Shown: positions 10,443-22,083 of the stretch, piece after piece
Numbering within the stretch: position 1 is the stretch's first letter
Layout of the letters: each line of letters starts with the position of its first letter
From: Octopus bimaculoides
Lineage: Eukaryota
Direction of reading: 5' to 3'
NCBI RefSeq assembly: GCF_001194135.2
Contig: NC_068986.1
Span: 87,994,630 to 88,030,544 of the forward strand
Length of the DNA: 35,915 bases
Program-made: the position numbers and the translations under genes
Notes under the pieces: generated by a model
What the model saw: only the letters and a program-made list of their open reading frames with translations
Told to the model about the DNA's origin: nothing
The model's database searches: none

Positions 10443-11589
10443 ATATTATACATACGTATATGTAAATATTAACATCTATACGTATATATATATGCATATA
10501 TGGGCACAGGACAACACGAAACGTGTACAACAAAAATTACGAAGTACGAGTACTTTTTTTTTTCTTGATCTTACCATCTCTGAATAGTACACACTATATA
10601 TATGCGCGCGCGTGTGTGTACGTGTGTGTTTATCACATATATTCAGGTTTGTATATAAACATTTTTGTATACTTCTCAAAATTCAAACAAAAACCATCCT
10701 ATCCACATATCTTAATTGATTTACAACTATTTAATTAATGAAAATAACAGAAAAATAACCAGAACGTGTGTTTGGCGTAATGATCCCAAAATACAAAAAA
10801 AAATGTTTCAACGCACGGTTTCACATCAAGAATCATGGAAGCCAAATGCACTAACGAACTATTCTAAGTAATACTATTTAAGTGAACTCTGAAATCTGTC
10901 CCTGCCTTCACCACCTCACACAATATAATTCTACCTACTGTCCTCCGTCAGATTGTCCAAGTGATCCATCATTGCTTCGTCGGATTTTCGAAAGACGGCA
11001 AATTTCAACACTTCTCGCAGAAAATCTGACCTTTATTCTCGGACCTCGTTAGTCTCTGATCTGATTTCACGCTCAATTTTTTTCTGTGTTCGCTTTCGCT
11101 TTGTTTTACTTTCTCATTTTCCCTATTTTTTTTCCCGACCGCTTGTAGTTCTTCTTCATCTTCCATTTACTACAGATCGTTCCAAGATGATGTAGAGAGG
11201 AAACTACTGCTACGGGAACCATTGTGTTCTAAGATGTCGGATCCTGGCACATTGGACGACAAGTTCGTAGATGCACTCAGTGGTATTCTGGGAACAGTAG
11301 TTTCAGGTATCAGCCATTATTGCTTGCTGCATCTACCTCATACCCGCCACTATTTTCTTTCTATGCTTTCCAGCTTCTCTGAGCGAAGACACCTCAAGTA
11401 GATAGATATGACTACCACACGTATAACATCTGGGCTTTATGATGAGAAACACAGATTTAAGTTCAGATAAACATGTATAAACTGGCAGAAATGCGTCACA
11501 TTTACATATCTATTAAAGTAATTAATGTATATATGTGTGAATTTCTGTGTATGTATGTATGTATGTATGTATATATATATATGTATATA

Positions 11590-11646
<57 letters not shown>

Positions 11647-12009
11647 TCTATAGATAAATAAATGTGCGTGAATGTGTATGTGTTTTTGCGTGCATGTGTG
11701 CCTGTGCGCCTCCGCGTACTTGTGTATAACAGTCGAAAAGTATGTACTTCTATTTGTATAAACACCTCAGAGAGCCTTACTTTCGTATCACCACCAGGGA
11801 TGACTACTCTAGTAAAATACATATAGTGTCGTATACGCATGCATCTCCGCCACCACCACCACCACCACCACCACAGCAACATAAAACACCCAATACACAC
11901 ACATGCTTATTCACTCATTCACTCACACATGCACATATACAAACATACGCAACCAAATATAACAAGACAGTGAGATGGGATGAGTAATAGAAAGGATGAG
12001 ACGGAGAAA

Positions 12010-12016
12010 GAGAGAG

Positions 12017-12063
<47 letters not shown>

Positions 12064-12070
12064 GTGAAAG
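12010..12070. repeat. (GAAA)n tetranucleotide microsatellite
   Basis: Directly visible. Confidence 0.95.
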
Positions 12071-12494
12071 AAAGATGAGTGACATTGTGTGAGAGAAAGA
12101 GGAAAGAGATATAGTAAGAGAGAAAGAAAGGGACATTGAGAGAGATAAAAATAGTAATAATACCCTTCCTTAGTTCATTTCTCATTAAATACATATAACT
12201 ACCACCCTGTGTTTATATATATCCCAGTAAAAACTCTTGACATTCACAAAGCTGAGACTAACCACTTACCTTGGAGAGTGGCAACCAGTGCATACTCCGT
12301 AGATTGTTCATAAAAAAACAAACAAACAAAAAAGCAATAGTTATTTGTTAGTTCACTTTTAAGATTGCCGCTACAACATGGCACCATTGTCCATAAATAG
12401 ACTGTGTGAACCATTCTATTATTTATCATGTCCGTCACAGATTCTAGATACTACTTAGATTTAATTGTAGCAGAAGCAATATTAAATCGAAATG

Positions 12495-12642
12495 GTAATC
12501 TTGATCTCCAACTTAACGAGGAGGTTATATATTAGAACACAGATTACTGTGTTGAGTCCTTATTAGTGATCCTCTCAAATGAAATAACGTAGGATTCTAT
12601 GTTAAAACACAACCTCCACGTTAATTTGGAGATCAAGACTAC
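12495..12642. repeat. 148-bp fold-back element with 32-bp terminal inverted repeats (MITE-like)
   Basis: Left arm GTAATCTTGATCTCCAACTTAACGAGGAGGTT (12495-12526) versus reverse complement of 12611-12642, GTAGTCTTGATCTCCAAATTAACGTGGAGGTT: 29/32 identical. No clear TSD. Confidence 0.8.
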
Positions 12643-12927
12643 TTTAATTTATTTTACCGAATATTTTTTATGCCATAAGTTAAGCAGCACTCAAACGGAA
12701 ACTTATAAAGCATTCAGACGTTAGAACTTACGGTAGAGGCCTCTACATGTCTGCTTGAATTGCGAGAAATGGCAAACAAATTTAAACACTAACATAGCAA
12801 AACAAAAAGGCGCGGGAGAGAACGCTTGGAATAAAGTAGTTCTCGATGAATGAGATGAGCTCTTTCTTTCTCTCTATTTAGCGCATATTTTCTCTCCGTT
12901 TCGTCAAAGATTCCATTGCTTCTGCAT

Positions 12928-12976
<49 letters not shown>

Positions 12977-13722
12977 NNNNNNNNNNNNNNNNNNNNNNNN
13001 NNNNNNNNNNNNNNNNNNNNNNNNNNNNNNNNNNNNNNNNNNNNNNNNNNNNNNNNNNNNNNNNNNNNNNNNNNNNNNNNNNNNNNNNNNNNNNNNNNNN
13101 NNNNNNNNNNNNNNNNNNNNNNNNNNNNNNNNNNNNNNNNNNNNNNNNNNNNNNNNNNNNNNNNNNNNNNNNNNNNNNNNNNNNNNNNNNNNNNNNNNNN
13201 NNNNNNNNNNNNNNNNNNNNNNNNNNNNNNNNNNNNNNNNNNNNNNNNNNNNNNNNNNNNNNNNNNNNNNNNNNNNNNNNNNNNNNNNNNNNNNNNNNNN
13301 NNNNNNNNNNNNNNNNNNNNNNNNNNNNNNNNNNNNNNNNNNNNNNNNNNNNNNNNNNNNNNNNNNNNNNNNNNNNNNNNNNNNNNNNNNNNNNNNNNNN
13401 NNNNNNNNNNNNNNNNNNNNNNNNNNNNNNNNNNNNNNNNNNNNNNNNNNNNNNNNNNNNNNNNNNNNNNNNNNNNNNNNNNNNNNNNNNNNNNNNNNNN
13501 NNNNNNNNNNNNNNNNNNNNNNNNNNNNNNNNNNNNNNNNNNNNNNNNNNNNNNNNNNNNNNNNNNNNNNNNNNNNNNNNNNNNNNNNNNNNNNNNNNNN
13601 NNNNNNNNNNNNNNNNNNNNNNNNNNNNNNNNNNNNNNNNNNNNNNNNNNNNNNNNNNNNNNNNNNNNNNNNNNNNNNNNNNNNNNNNNNNNNNNNNNNN
13701 NNNNNNTGTGTGCGCATGCGTG

Positions 13723-13774
<52 letters not shown>

Positions 13775-14047
13775 TGTAATACAAGTTCACATTGGTGCAT
13801 AGACAGGAGACGAAAGTACTCAGTACAACATGTGGAATGAAATATAATTAATTGATAGTTTCTACTGGTGAGTCACGGATATTGGTGTTTTGGTACGTCA
13901 GGTTCGAGTAAACAGATATAATACGAGGTGGGGCAGAGAGGACGGACGCTTTTAAAATGGCTATTACTCAGCACCAGTCGGAGGGACATATCTCAGACAG
14001 GTACCATTCGGTCCGTGCTGTCATAGAATTTGTTTTTTCTTTTCAAG

Positions 14048-15288
14048 TGAAGCCGGGTGAAGCCTCTTGTTTTTCCTACGACAGTTACGTGAAGAATAAC
14101 GAGTCTGTCACAGCAGTTCACTGTGAGATTCGGCGCCATCTCAACATTCACCGAAATCAGACTGTTCCTACCCGTAACACAATATTACTTTGGGTGAATG
14201 CACTTCGTATAAGTAATACACTAATGAATAGGAGACCAGTTGGGATGCTACGAACGGTACGGACATCGGAAAATCTGGAACGCGTCAGGAAAGCTTTGAT
14301 ACGGAGTCCGAATCGCTGTGCTTGGAGTCATGCCATTGAACTTGGCATCGGTAATCGATTGGTAAAGCGTATTTTGCATGAAGACTTGAATTTCCACTCG
14401 TACAAATTAGTCATTGAGCAACAGTTGAAACCATGGGACTATGCACTTCGGCTTAACTTTGCACATCAGATGGAAGCAATTTTTCAGGCAAATGACCTCA
14501 TTTTGTTAATGAGTGATGAAGCTCATTTTCATTTCAATAGCATAGTGAATCAACAGAACTGTCGTTATTGGGCTTATGAAGCTGAGTTCAAATTCAACCG
14601 ACGCCATCTTTACCATTCATCCTTTCATAGTCGATAAATTAAGAACCAGTTGCGTCTTGGGGTCAATCTATTCCACTGGACCCCTCCCCTAAAAATTTTG
14701 GGCCTTGTGCCTAGAGTAGAAAAGAATATTGGGCTCTTGAAAATCCGAGAAAACTGCACGAAAGACTACTGCACAGCCCTGAAGTGACGGTGTGGTATGC
14801 TACTGGAAAAGTTGCTCTCATTAGCCCTTACTTTTTTGAAGACAATAATGAAAATGCTGTTACTGTAAACTCCGAATGTTACATTGAGGGGAAAACAATT
14901 TTTTTCTGCCTGAATTACGACGAAAACGTATGCTTATTCGAAAGTGTGGTTTCAACAATATGAGGCGACGGCCCACACAGCCAGAGTATCAATGGACGTT
15001 CTTTGCCTCCCCTTCGGTGACCGCCTCATTTCCAGGTTTGCTGACATTCCTTGGTCCCCTCGGTCGCCTGATTTCTCCATGTGTGATTATTTATTGTGGA
15101 GAAACCGCAAGGCGCGTGTGTATGCGCATAAACCTCGTACATTGGACGATTTGAAGGAAGCTATTCGCGTGAAAGTCGACAGAGCAATGCTGGAGACAGT
15201 GAAGGGTAACTTCCAAGAACGCCTTCAGAAATGCGTCAAAGAAAACGAATACCACATGATGGATGTACTTAATTTTGACAAATGCTAA
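14048..15288 (+). pseudogene. Disrupted DD41D transposase (N-terminal HTH, DDD catalytic domain)
   Basis: Motifs YDSYVKNNESVTAV..EIRRH, RVRKAL.RSP, LMSDEAHFH....VNQQNCRYW, ENP, HSP.VTVW, WFQQ(Y for D)EATAH, WSPRSPDFSMCDY. 41 residues lie between the second catalytic position and the final D. Disrupted by a SINE insertion, frameshifts near 14890-14945, and a D-to-Y change. The start position is approximate. Confidence 0.9.
14581..14726 (+). mobile_element. 5'-truncated CORE-type SINE (tail type A) inserted into the transposase, with a 15-bp TSD
   Basis: Begins at GCTGAGTTCAAATTC (B-box), has a degenerate core CATTCATCCTTTCATAGTCGATAAATTAAGAACCAG and the tail CCTTGTGCCTAGAGTAGAAAAGAA. Flanked by TATTGGGCTTATGAA (14566-14580) and TATTGGGCTCTTGAA (14727-14741), 13/15 identical. 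Confidence 0.9.
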
Positions 15289-15434
15289 TTCAATACAAAT
15301 ACAGTGATGTCAATAAAATTTGTTTGCTGCTAAAATTAATGATTTTGTGATTTTTTCAAAAACGTTCGTCCTCTCTGCTCCACCCTGTATATATATCACA
15401 TCTTCGATCATTTTTTAAACTTTTTTGTTTTTGC

Positions 15435-15597
15435 CTTTGTTGAATTTGTAGGAAGGCGCAGTGCCCATGGTATTTGCAGACTCTCCAAAGCCGGCACGAC
15501 TGATATCATTCATGGTCCTCTTGAATCTTTGTAAGTTAATACTCACGGAAAAGTCATGAGCAAGGTGAGAATTCCAAAGGATCGACGACCTGTGCAT
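15435..15597 (-). mobile_element. Extreme 3' fragment of an L2/Crack-like LINE
   Basis: The minus-strand ORF HRSSILWNSHLAHDFSVSINLQRFKRTMNDI matches the RT..LWNSLP...FP...NLQ.FK..IN terminus of L2-group ORF2. Its 3' sequence resembles the end of the fragment at about 24975-25050. Confidence 0.7.
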
Positions 15598-16823
15598 GCA
15601 CTATTTTCATTTACAATTGAAATGTAGTTAAATTCTATTTAATTTAGTATTAAAAATATCTACACTAACTTGATAACCGACACTGCGCATATGAGATTTA
15701 AACTATTACCTTAGCTACGATTGTCTATAGAATAAAGGAAAAGCTGATTATTCATTTGTCGGGATTATGTAATTTTAAATAAAGAAACAAGCAATTATTA
15801 AAGACTTTATAATTTTGAAAATTCTTTAAAATGGCTGGCCGGTAACGATGTGTTCTGCAATACATGGATAGTTTATCCTGTTCATGCTATTGTATTAGCA
15901 TTATCATGCGTTTGAGAATAAATTATTTCTGAATTTTTAAAAATTAAAATTTTAATATATTTTTATCAAGATATGGGCTTTAGGTTTCTTTTCAAACAAT
16001 TGATTTTAATTAAATGCGTACAATTTTGAAAAACTGAACTGCTACGTAATATTGTAAGATTATATATATATGCACAAATAAATATGGCGACGAAGTAGAA
16101 CCTATTTCAAGTTTTCCAATATGTTTTGTCACAGTACATCTCCTAACATTTTAATGATGCTTTTACAAGAACACTTTCAACGGGAGAGATTCTGATGCGA
16201 TTTTGAAAGATAAAAACATTTTTTTAATGACAAACTAGCGGTCTAAATATATTATATAAAAAAACGAAACATATCTATAGACGTACATATTAAATACAAG
16301 CGAAATATTTGAATATACACAACAAAGCACATTCATACAAAATTATGCGAAAATATATAGACTCTAAATGTGGCTTCAACTGTAACCAACATACGGATAC
16401 TCAAAACAATTTCTCTTTGATTTATGCACGTCCACCTAATGCGCGCGCGCACACACGAATTCTCTCTCTCACTCTCTCAGTCTCTCCCTCATACACACAC
16501 ATACGTAGTCAAACATGCACGTTCTGAAACATTTACGATCACACAAATAAAACACATTTTATTTGCCAACAAGGTGGCGAAAATTTGGGAAAGGATTTGA
16601 AAGAGGAAGCTGAAATCGGAAGGGGTTCTATGAAAATGATTTCATCCTTGTCGTTTCACCTTCCTTAATCTGAACGGGATTACTAGTTACAGGGAGGTCG
16701 GTCGAATAGGGCGCAGGGATAATCTACAAACCCTACATCGGTATAATTTGCAAGACAAAAAAAGGAGAATATCAAAGGTGCTGTTGTTGGTATATCTGTA
16801 TTGTATGATATTCGCTTTAGTGT

Positions 16824-17205
16824 GGAGGCGCAATGACCCAGTGGTTAGGACAACGGACGCGCGGTCGTAGGATCGTGGTTTCGATTCCCAGACCGGGCAT
16901 TGTGAGTGTTTATTGAGCGAAAACACCTAAAAGCTCCACGAGGCTCCGGCAGAGGATGGTGGCGAAACCTGCTGTACTCTTTCACCACAGCTTTCTCTCA
17001 CTCTTTCTTCCTATTTTTGTTGTACCTGTATTTCAAAGGGCCAGCCTTGTCACACTCTGTGTCACGCTGAATCTCCCCAAGAACTATGTTAAGAGTACAC
17101 GGGTCTGTGGAGTGCTCAGCCACTTGCACGTTAATTTCACGAGCAGGCTGTTCCGTTGATCGGATCAACTGGAACCCTCGTCGTCGTAACCGACGGAGTG
17201 CCAAC
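16824..17205 (+). mobile_element. Second tRNA-derived SINE family, apparently full length (about 380 bp)
   Basis: Head GGAGGCGCAATGACCCAGTGGTTAGG (A-box) and GGTTTCGATTCCC (B-box), tRNA-Arg-like in arrangement, then a long non-tRNA body ending CGTCGTAACCGACGGAGTGCCAAC. It cannot fold as a complete tRNA. Family assignment is from memory of octopus SINEs. Confidence 0.8.
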
Positions 17206-18043
17206 CATGATATACGCCTTAGAATACGGTCACATGATGTCCGCTATTTCTAGCATAATAGTCGACCATGTAAAGGATCGATTACCTTTGAGTTGGTTTA
17301 AAAGAAAGGGATTAAGACTGCAATAAAATAATGAAAGAAATATTTACTGAGCGTGTGAGTGCTATTAGACGAGCGAAGGATACAATGGAAGATTAGATGT
17401 AACTTACCAGAAAAATTACACAAATTGTGAATCTAAAGAATAAATAACATTTAGTGACCAAGAGAAACCAAACCACATGTTCGGTGAACTTTCTGCTAGT
17501 ACGTATAATAAATACATGTGTAGCTTCGTAGAGACGCTGTAGATAAATCAATGAGCTTATAGCAGACCGTGTACGTGAAGACGAAATGAACCAGTTAACG
17601 ATTAGCTTCGAATTTTGTTACTCCTTATTGTTTGGCTCAAAGACTTATAGTTAAGCCACCATGTCTATTTTTCACAGTGGAACTAAACATACGTTTATTA
17701 CATGTGTGATCGTAAATTTTGGTTACAATTTTTGTATGGCATTAAAAGATTCAATGTTATATAACTCAGTATAACAAAATAAATGCATGATATAATTTGA
17801 TATAATAAAGTGACCATGATAAATCTGATATAAATTTTATATAAAATAATATAATATGATACATAAAAGCAGTTGTCATTCTCCAGTTACCCACGAAATA
17901 CGTTATTGATGCGTTATAAGAAGTGCTCTGTGTATCTAAGAAATGATGGAACTCAGGTATGAATTGACATTGACCAGGTATGTGTCACTATCTTCACGTA
18001 TCGACTCACTCACCCTCACACGCAGGCACGCAGGCACACGCAG

Positions 18044-18094
<51 letters not shown>

Positions 18095-19079
18095 TAAATT
18101 TTCGAAGTCCTTCAATGAATGACAGAGAGACAACCATATAAAGAAAGAGAGAGGTTGAAAGAGAGAAAATATTCAGACAAGCAACAGGAGGAAAGTATTC
18201 CACTCATTGACTACTTCTTTACCGGCCCCAGATGGAAGAAATCTTTGTCATCAACAGTATTAGAACTCAGAGCGCAGAGAGGTAGGCCCGTTAATTACAC
18301 GGCCTATTATATGGAGAGGTATCCTTATATTTCTGTCACTTCACCGTTTACATGTTGACATGTAAGCACACACTCACAGATGCACACACATACGTATACG
18401 TACATGCATACAAACACAGTGCGCACACACATATATGTTTCTTCACGAAAAAATATATATATGTGTATGTATATATATATATAAATATATATATATANNN
18501 NNNNNNNNNNNNNNNNNNNNNNNNNNNNNNNNNNNNNNNNNNNNNNNNNNNNNNNNNNNNNNNNNNNNNNNNNNNNNNNNNNNNNNNNNNNNNNNNNNNN
18601 NNNNNNNNNNNNNNNNNNNNNNNNNNNNNNNNNNNNNNNNNNNNNNNNNNNNNNNNNNNNNNNNNNNNNNNNNNNNNNNNNNNNNNNNNNNNNNNNNNNN
18701 NNNNNNNNNNNNNNNNNNNNNNNNNNNNNNNNNNNNNNNNNNNNNNNNNNNNNNNNNNNNNNNNNNNNNNNNNNNNNNNNNNNNNNNNNNNNNNNNNNNN
18801 NNNNNNNNNNNNNNNNNNNNNNNNNNNNNNNNNNNNNNNNNNNNNNNNNNNNNNNNNNNNNNNNNNNNNNNNNNNNNNNNNNNNNNNNNNNNNNNNNNNN
18901 NNNNNNNNNNNNNNNNNNNNNNNNNNNNNNNNNNNNNNNNNNNNNNNNNNNNNNNNNNNNNNNNNNNNNNNNNNNNNNNNNNNNNNNNNNNNNNNNNNNN
19001 NNNNNNNNNNNNNNNNNNNNNNNNNNNNNNNNNNNNNNNNNNNNNNNNNNNNNNNNNNNNNNNNNNNNNNNNNNNNNNN

Positions 19080-19115
<36 letters not shown>

Positions 19116-21114
19116 CACTCATGCATACACACATGCACACGCAAATATATGTATCAAAAAGCATTCATACACACCCATACATGCAGACATACATTGGACA
19201 CAAGCACATATACACTCATATATTTATACACAAAAGCACACATACAAACTTCCGCATACATACTCACAAACACACACATACATACACACACAAATGGAGG
19301 GTATGGTCTACATCGAGTTATTTTCTTTACTTTCATGTAAATCCCAACCCAATTAGCTACAAAGTTTTTCATTTCAGAATGTGATAAAGTAGTATTTGGT
19401 TGATGAGTGAACAACGAACGAAGATATCAATACGGTTTCTTTTCCAGGATATATAATCCTTCATCATTTTCACCATCTCCATCCCTCGCTTTACTTCGTT
19501 TTCCTTCCCTTTCACTTTCAGATTCCACTTTATCTGTTGCTCATTTTCTGTCTCTCCATCTGTAGTTGATTTTCAAAGAATATCTTATTTTCTGGGGTTT
19601 GATACTTTGGGAAACACCGAAGATCAAGAACTTTAAAGATCGGGAGCTCAGAAACTGTAATATTTGTGCTATAGGGTATTTTAGAGCTGATATGCTTCTT
19701 CTAGGCACTGTTTTCTTAAGGTTCGCTAAAGAAGAAAAAAAATAGTATTACTATATAGAAGACTTTTGCTATTTTACCCAATGATATAATTATGTATGTA
19801 TCTACACATACACACACACACAAACGCACACAAAATTACACATACACACACGTACGTACGTACATACATGCATACATACATACATATATGCATTTATACA
19901 AATAAAGACAGAGTGTATGTGTGCATCTATGGTATGTGTATGCGTCTGTTTATATATATANNNNNNNNNNNNNNNNNNNNNNNNNNNNNNNNNNNNNNNN
20001 NNNNNNNNNNNNNNNNNNNNNNNNNNNNNNNNNNNNNNNNNNNNNNNNNNNNNNNNNNNNNNNNNNNNNNNNNNNNNNNNNNNNNNNNNNNNNNNNNNNN
20101 NNNNNNNNNNNNNNNNNNNNNNNNNNNNNNNNNNNNNNNNNNNNNNNNNNNNNNNNNNNNNNNNNNNNNNNNNNNNNNNNNNNNNNNNNNNNNNNNNNNN
20201 NNNNNNNNNNNNNNNNNNNNNNNNNNNNNNNNNNNNNNNNNNNNNNNNNNNNNNNNNNNNNNNNNNNNNNNNNNNNNNNNNNNNNNNNNNNNNNNNNNNN
20301 NNNNNNNNNNNNNNNNNNNNNNNNNNNNNNNNNNNNNNNNNNNNNNNNNNNNNNNNNNNNNNNNNNNNNNNNNNNNNNNNNNNNNNNNNNNNNNNNNNNN
20401 NNNNNNNNNNNNNNNNNNNNNNNNNNNNNNNNNNNNNNNNNNNNNNNNNNNNNNNNNNNNNNNNNNNNNNNNNNNNNNNNNNNNTATATATATATATATA
20501 CACGATGACAGAGAGAGAGAAAGTGATAGAGAGAAAGAGAAAGAGAGAGAGAGAGATTGAGTAACTGATGTATATATGCATATATATATATATATATGTG
20601 TGTGTGTATGTTTGTTAGTAATAAAATCACCCCTTTTTTAAAAAATTTATTCTGTACGTTGTTTTCAGGTCTCTCTGTATCGTGTTTGCTAATCTATACA
20701 TGATATGCAAATGTTTTATGAGACCGCATAAGATATAAATAAGATACCTGTTATCTCTCTCTCTCTATCTTTCTCTTTTCACCCCTCTCTTTTCCTGTTT
20801 CATACACCCCTTTTCTGTTTCCTATGTCTCTCACTCCCGTTTTTTTATCTTATCTTCATTGAAATATCAATGGAGGTTAAACCACTTTTGAAATTTCGAG
20901 TGAAGTGGAACAAATTTTCTGGCATTCAGTGCAAAAAGATGTATGTCTTGTTATGGAAGCATTTTTTTCCTTAGTTTTGTGTTGTTATTGCTTTTAAATA
21001 CTTATTTTTTGATGTACAAAATGTGATTCCAAAGCCAATAATCTACTAATTTCTTACAGAAGTGTATATGGGTCACTTGTGTATTTCATTTTATTTTTTT
21101 TCTAGTTCGTTCCA

Positions 21115-21170
<56 letters not shown>

Positions 21171-21381
21171 AAGTGCGGCGAGCTGACAAAATCGTTATCA
21201 TACCGTGCGAAATGCTTAGCGGCTTATCGTCCGTCTTTACGTTCTGAGTTCGAATTCCGCCGTGGTCGAATTTGCCTCTCATCCCTTCAGGGTCGATTAA
21301 ACAAGTACCAGTTACGTACCAGGGTCGATGTAACCGACTTAATTCCATCTCCAAGCTGCCCTTGTAGCAAAACCTGAAATC
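21171..21381 (+). mobile_element. CORE-type SINE (tail type C)
   Basis: GCGGCGAGCTGACAAAATCGTTATC head, GAGTTCGAATTCC B-box, TTTGCCTCTCATCCCTTCAGGGTCGATTAAACAAGTACCAG core, tail GCCCTTGTAGCAAAACCTGAAATC then (TTA)n. Confidence 0.88.
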
Positions 21382-21415
21382 GTTATTATTATTATTATTA
21401 TTATTGTTGTTGTTG

Positions 21416-21446
<31 letters not shown>

Positions 21447-21463
21447 TATTATTATTATTATCA

Positions 21464-21680
21464 TCCTTTCTGCTATAAGCACAAGACCTGAAATTTGTGG
21501 GTGCGGGGACTAATCGATTACATCGACCCTAGTGTTTCACAAGTACTTAATATTATCGACTCCGAAAGGATGAAAGGCAAATTCGACCACGGCGGAATTT
21601 GAACTCAGAACGTAACGACGGGCAAAATACCGTTAAGCATTTTGCCTGGATTTCTAACGATTCTGCCAGCTTTCCACCTT
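21464..21680 (-). mobile_element. CORE-type SINE (tail type A), inverted relative to 21171-21381
   Basis: Same head, B-box and core on the minus strand; tail GGTCTTGTGCTTATAGCAGAAAGGA. Confidence 0.88.
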
Positions 21681-21740
21681 AATACTAACTAGCAGAGATA
21701 CCCGGACTTGTTCGGGATTAAAATGGCATAGATTTTTTAT

Positions 21741-22029
21741 TGTTTTACTTGTTTCAGTCATGTGACTACGGCCATGCTGGAGCACCGCCATTGGTCGAAG
21801 AAATCAACCACAGGATTTATTCTTTGTAAGCCTAGTACTCATTCTGTCAGTGACTTTTACCAAACCGCTAAGTTACGGGAATGTAAACACAGCAACATCA
21901 GTTGTCAAGCAATGGTGGGGGGTACAAACACAAGACTCGCACACACAAACACATATATACGACAGTCTTCTTTCAGTTTCCGAGTACGAAATCCACTCAG
22001 AAGATTTTGGTCGGCCTGAGGCTATAATA

Positions 22030-22030
<1 letters not shown>
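21741..22030 (-). mobile_element. 5'-truncated SINE of a third family sharing the 3' part of the CORE block
   Basis: The minus strand contains GACAGAATGAGTACTAGGC...AATCCTGTGGTTGATTT, similar to GATAAAATAAGTACCAG...CTGGGGTCGAT of the main family, and ends CTCCAGCATGGCCGTAGTCACATGACTGAAACAAGTAAAA. No tRNA head; it abuts an (AT)n run. Confidence 0.65.

Positions 22031-22083
<53 letters not shown>

Larger units (their letters stand above)
13924..15387 (+). mobile_element. Tc1/mariner DNA transposon, DD41D (rosa/Visitor-type) family, decayed
   Basis: TIRs at 13924-13953 and 15358-15387 match at 25/30. TA flanks both sides (13922-13923, 15388-15389). About 1.3 kb after removing the SINE insertion and one TSD copy. 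Internal transposase remnants are present. Confidence 0.93.

Noticed and set aside
15452-15530. Exon-like segment with TTGTAG| and |GTAAGT, open as GRRSAHGICRLSKAGTTDIIHGPLES
   Set aside because: It lies antisense within an L2/Crack-like LINE 3' end (LWNS...NLQRFK on the minus strand), so the splice signals are most simply chance. Exonisation is not excluded without RNA data.
17170-17205. Idea that this SINE tail derives from the RTE 3' end at 735-770
   Set aside because: Similarity (GACGGAGTGCCAAC versus GACGAAAAGGACCAAT) is too short and weak to support by eye.
20669-20940. Possible exon with ATG at 20870 (MEVKPLLKFRVKWNKFSGIQCKK) and donor GTATGT
   Set aside because: Only 23 codons, no recognisable homology, and most of the segment is a low-complexity pyrimidine tract; not supportable.
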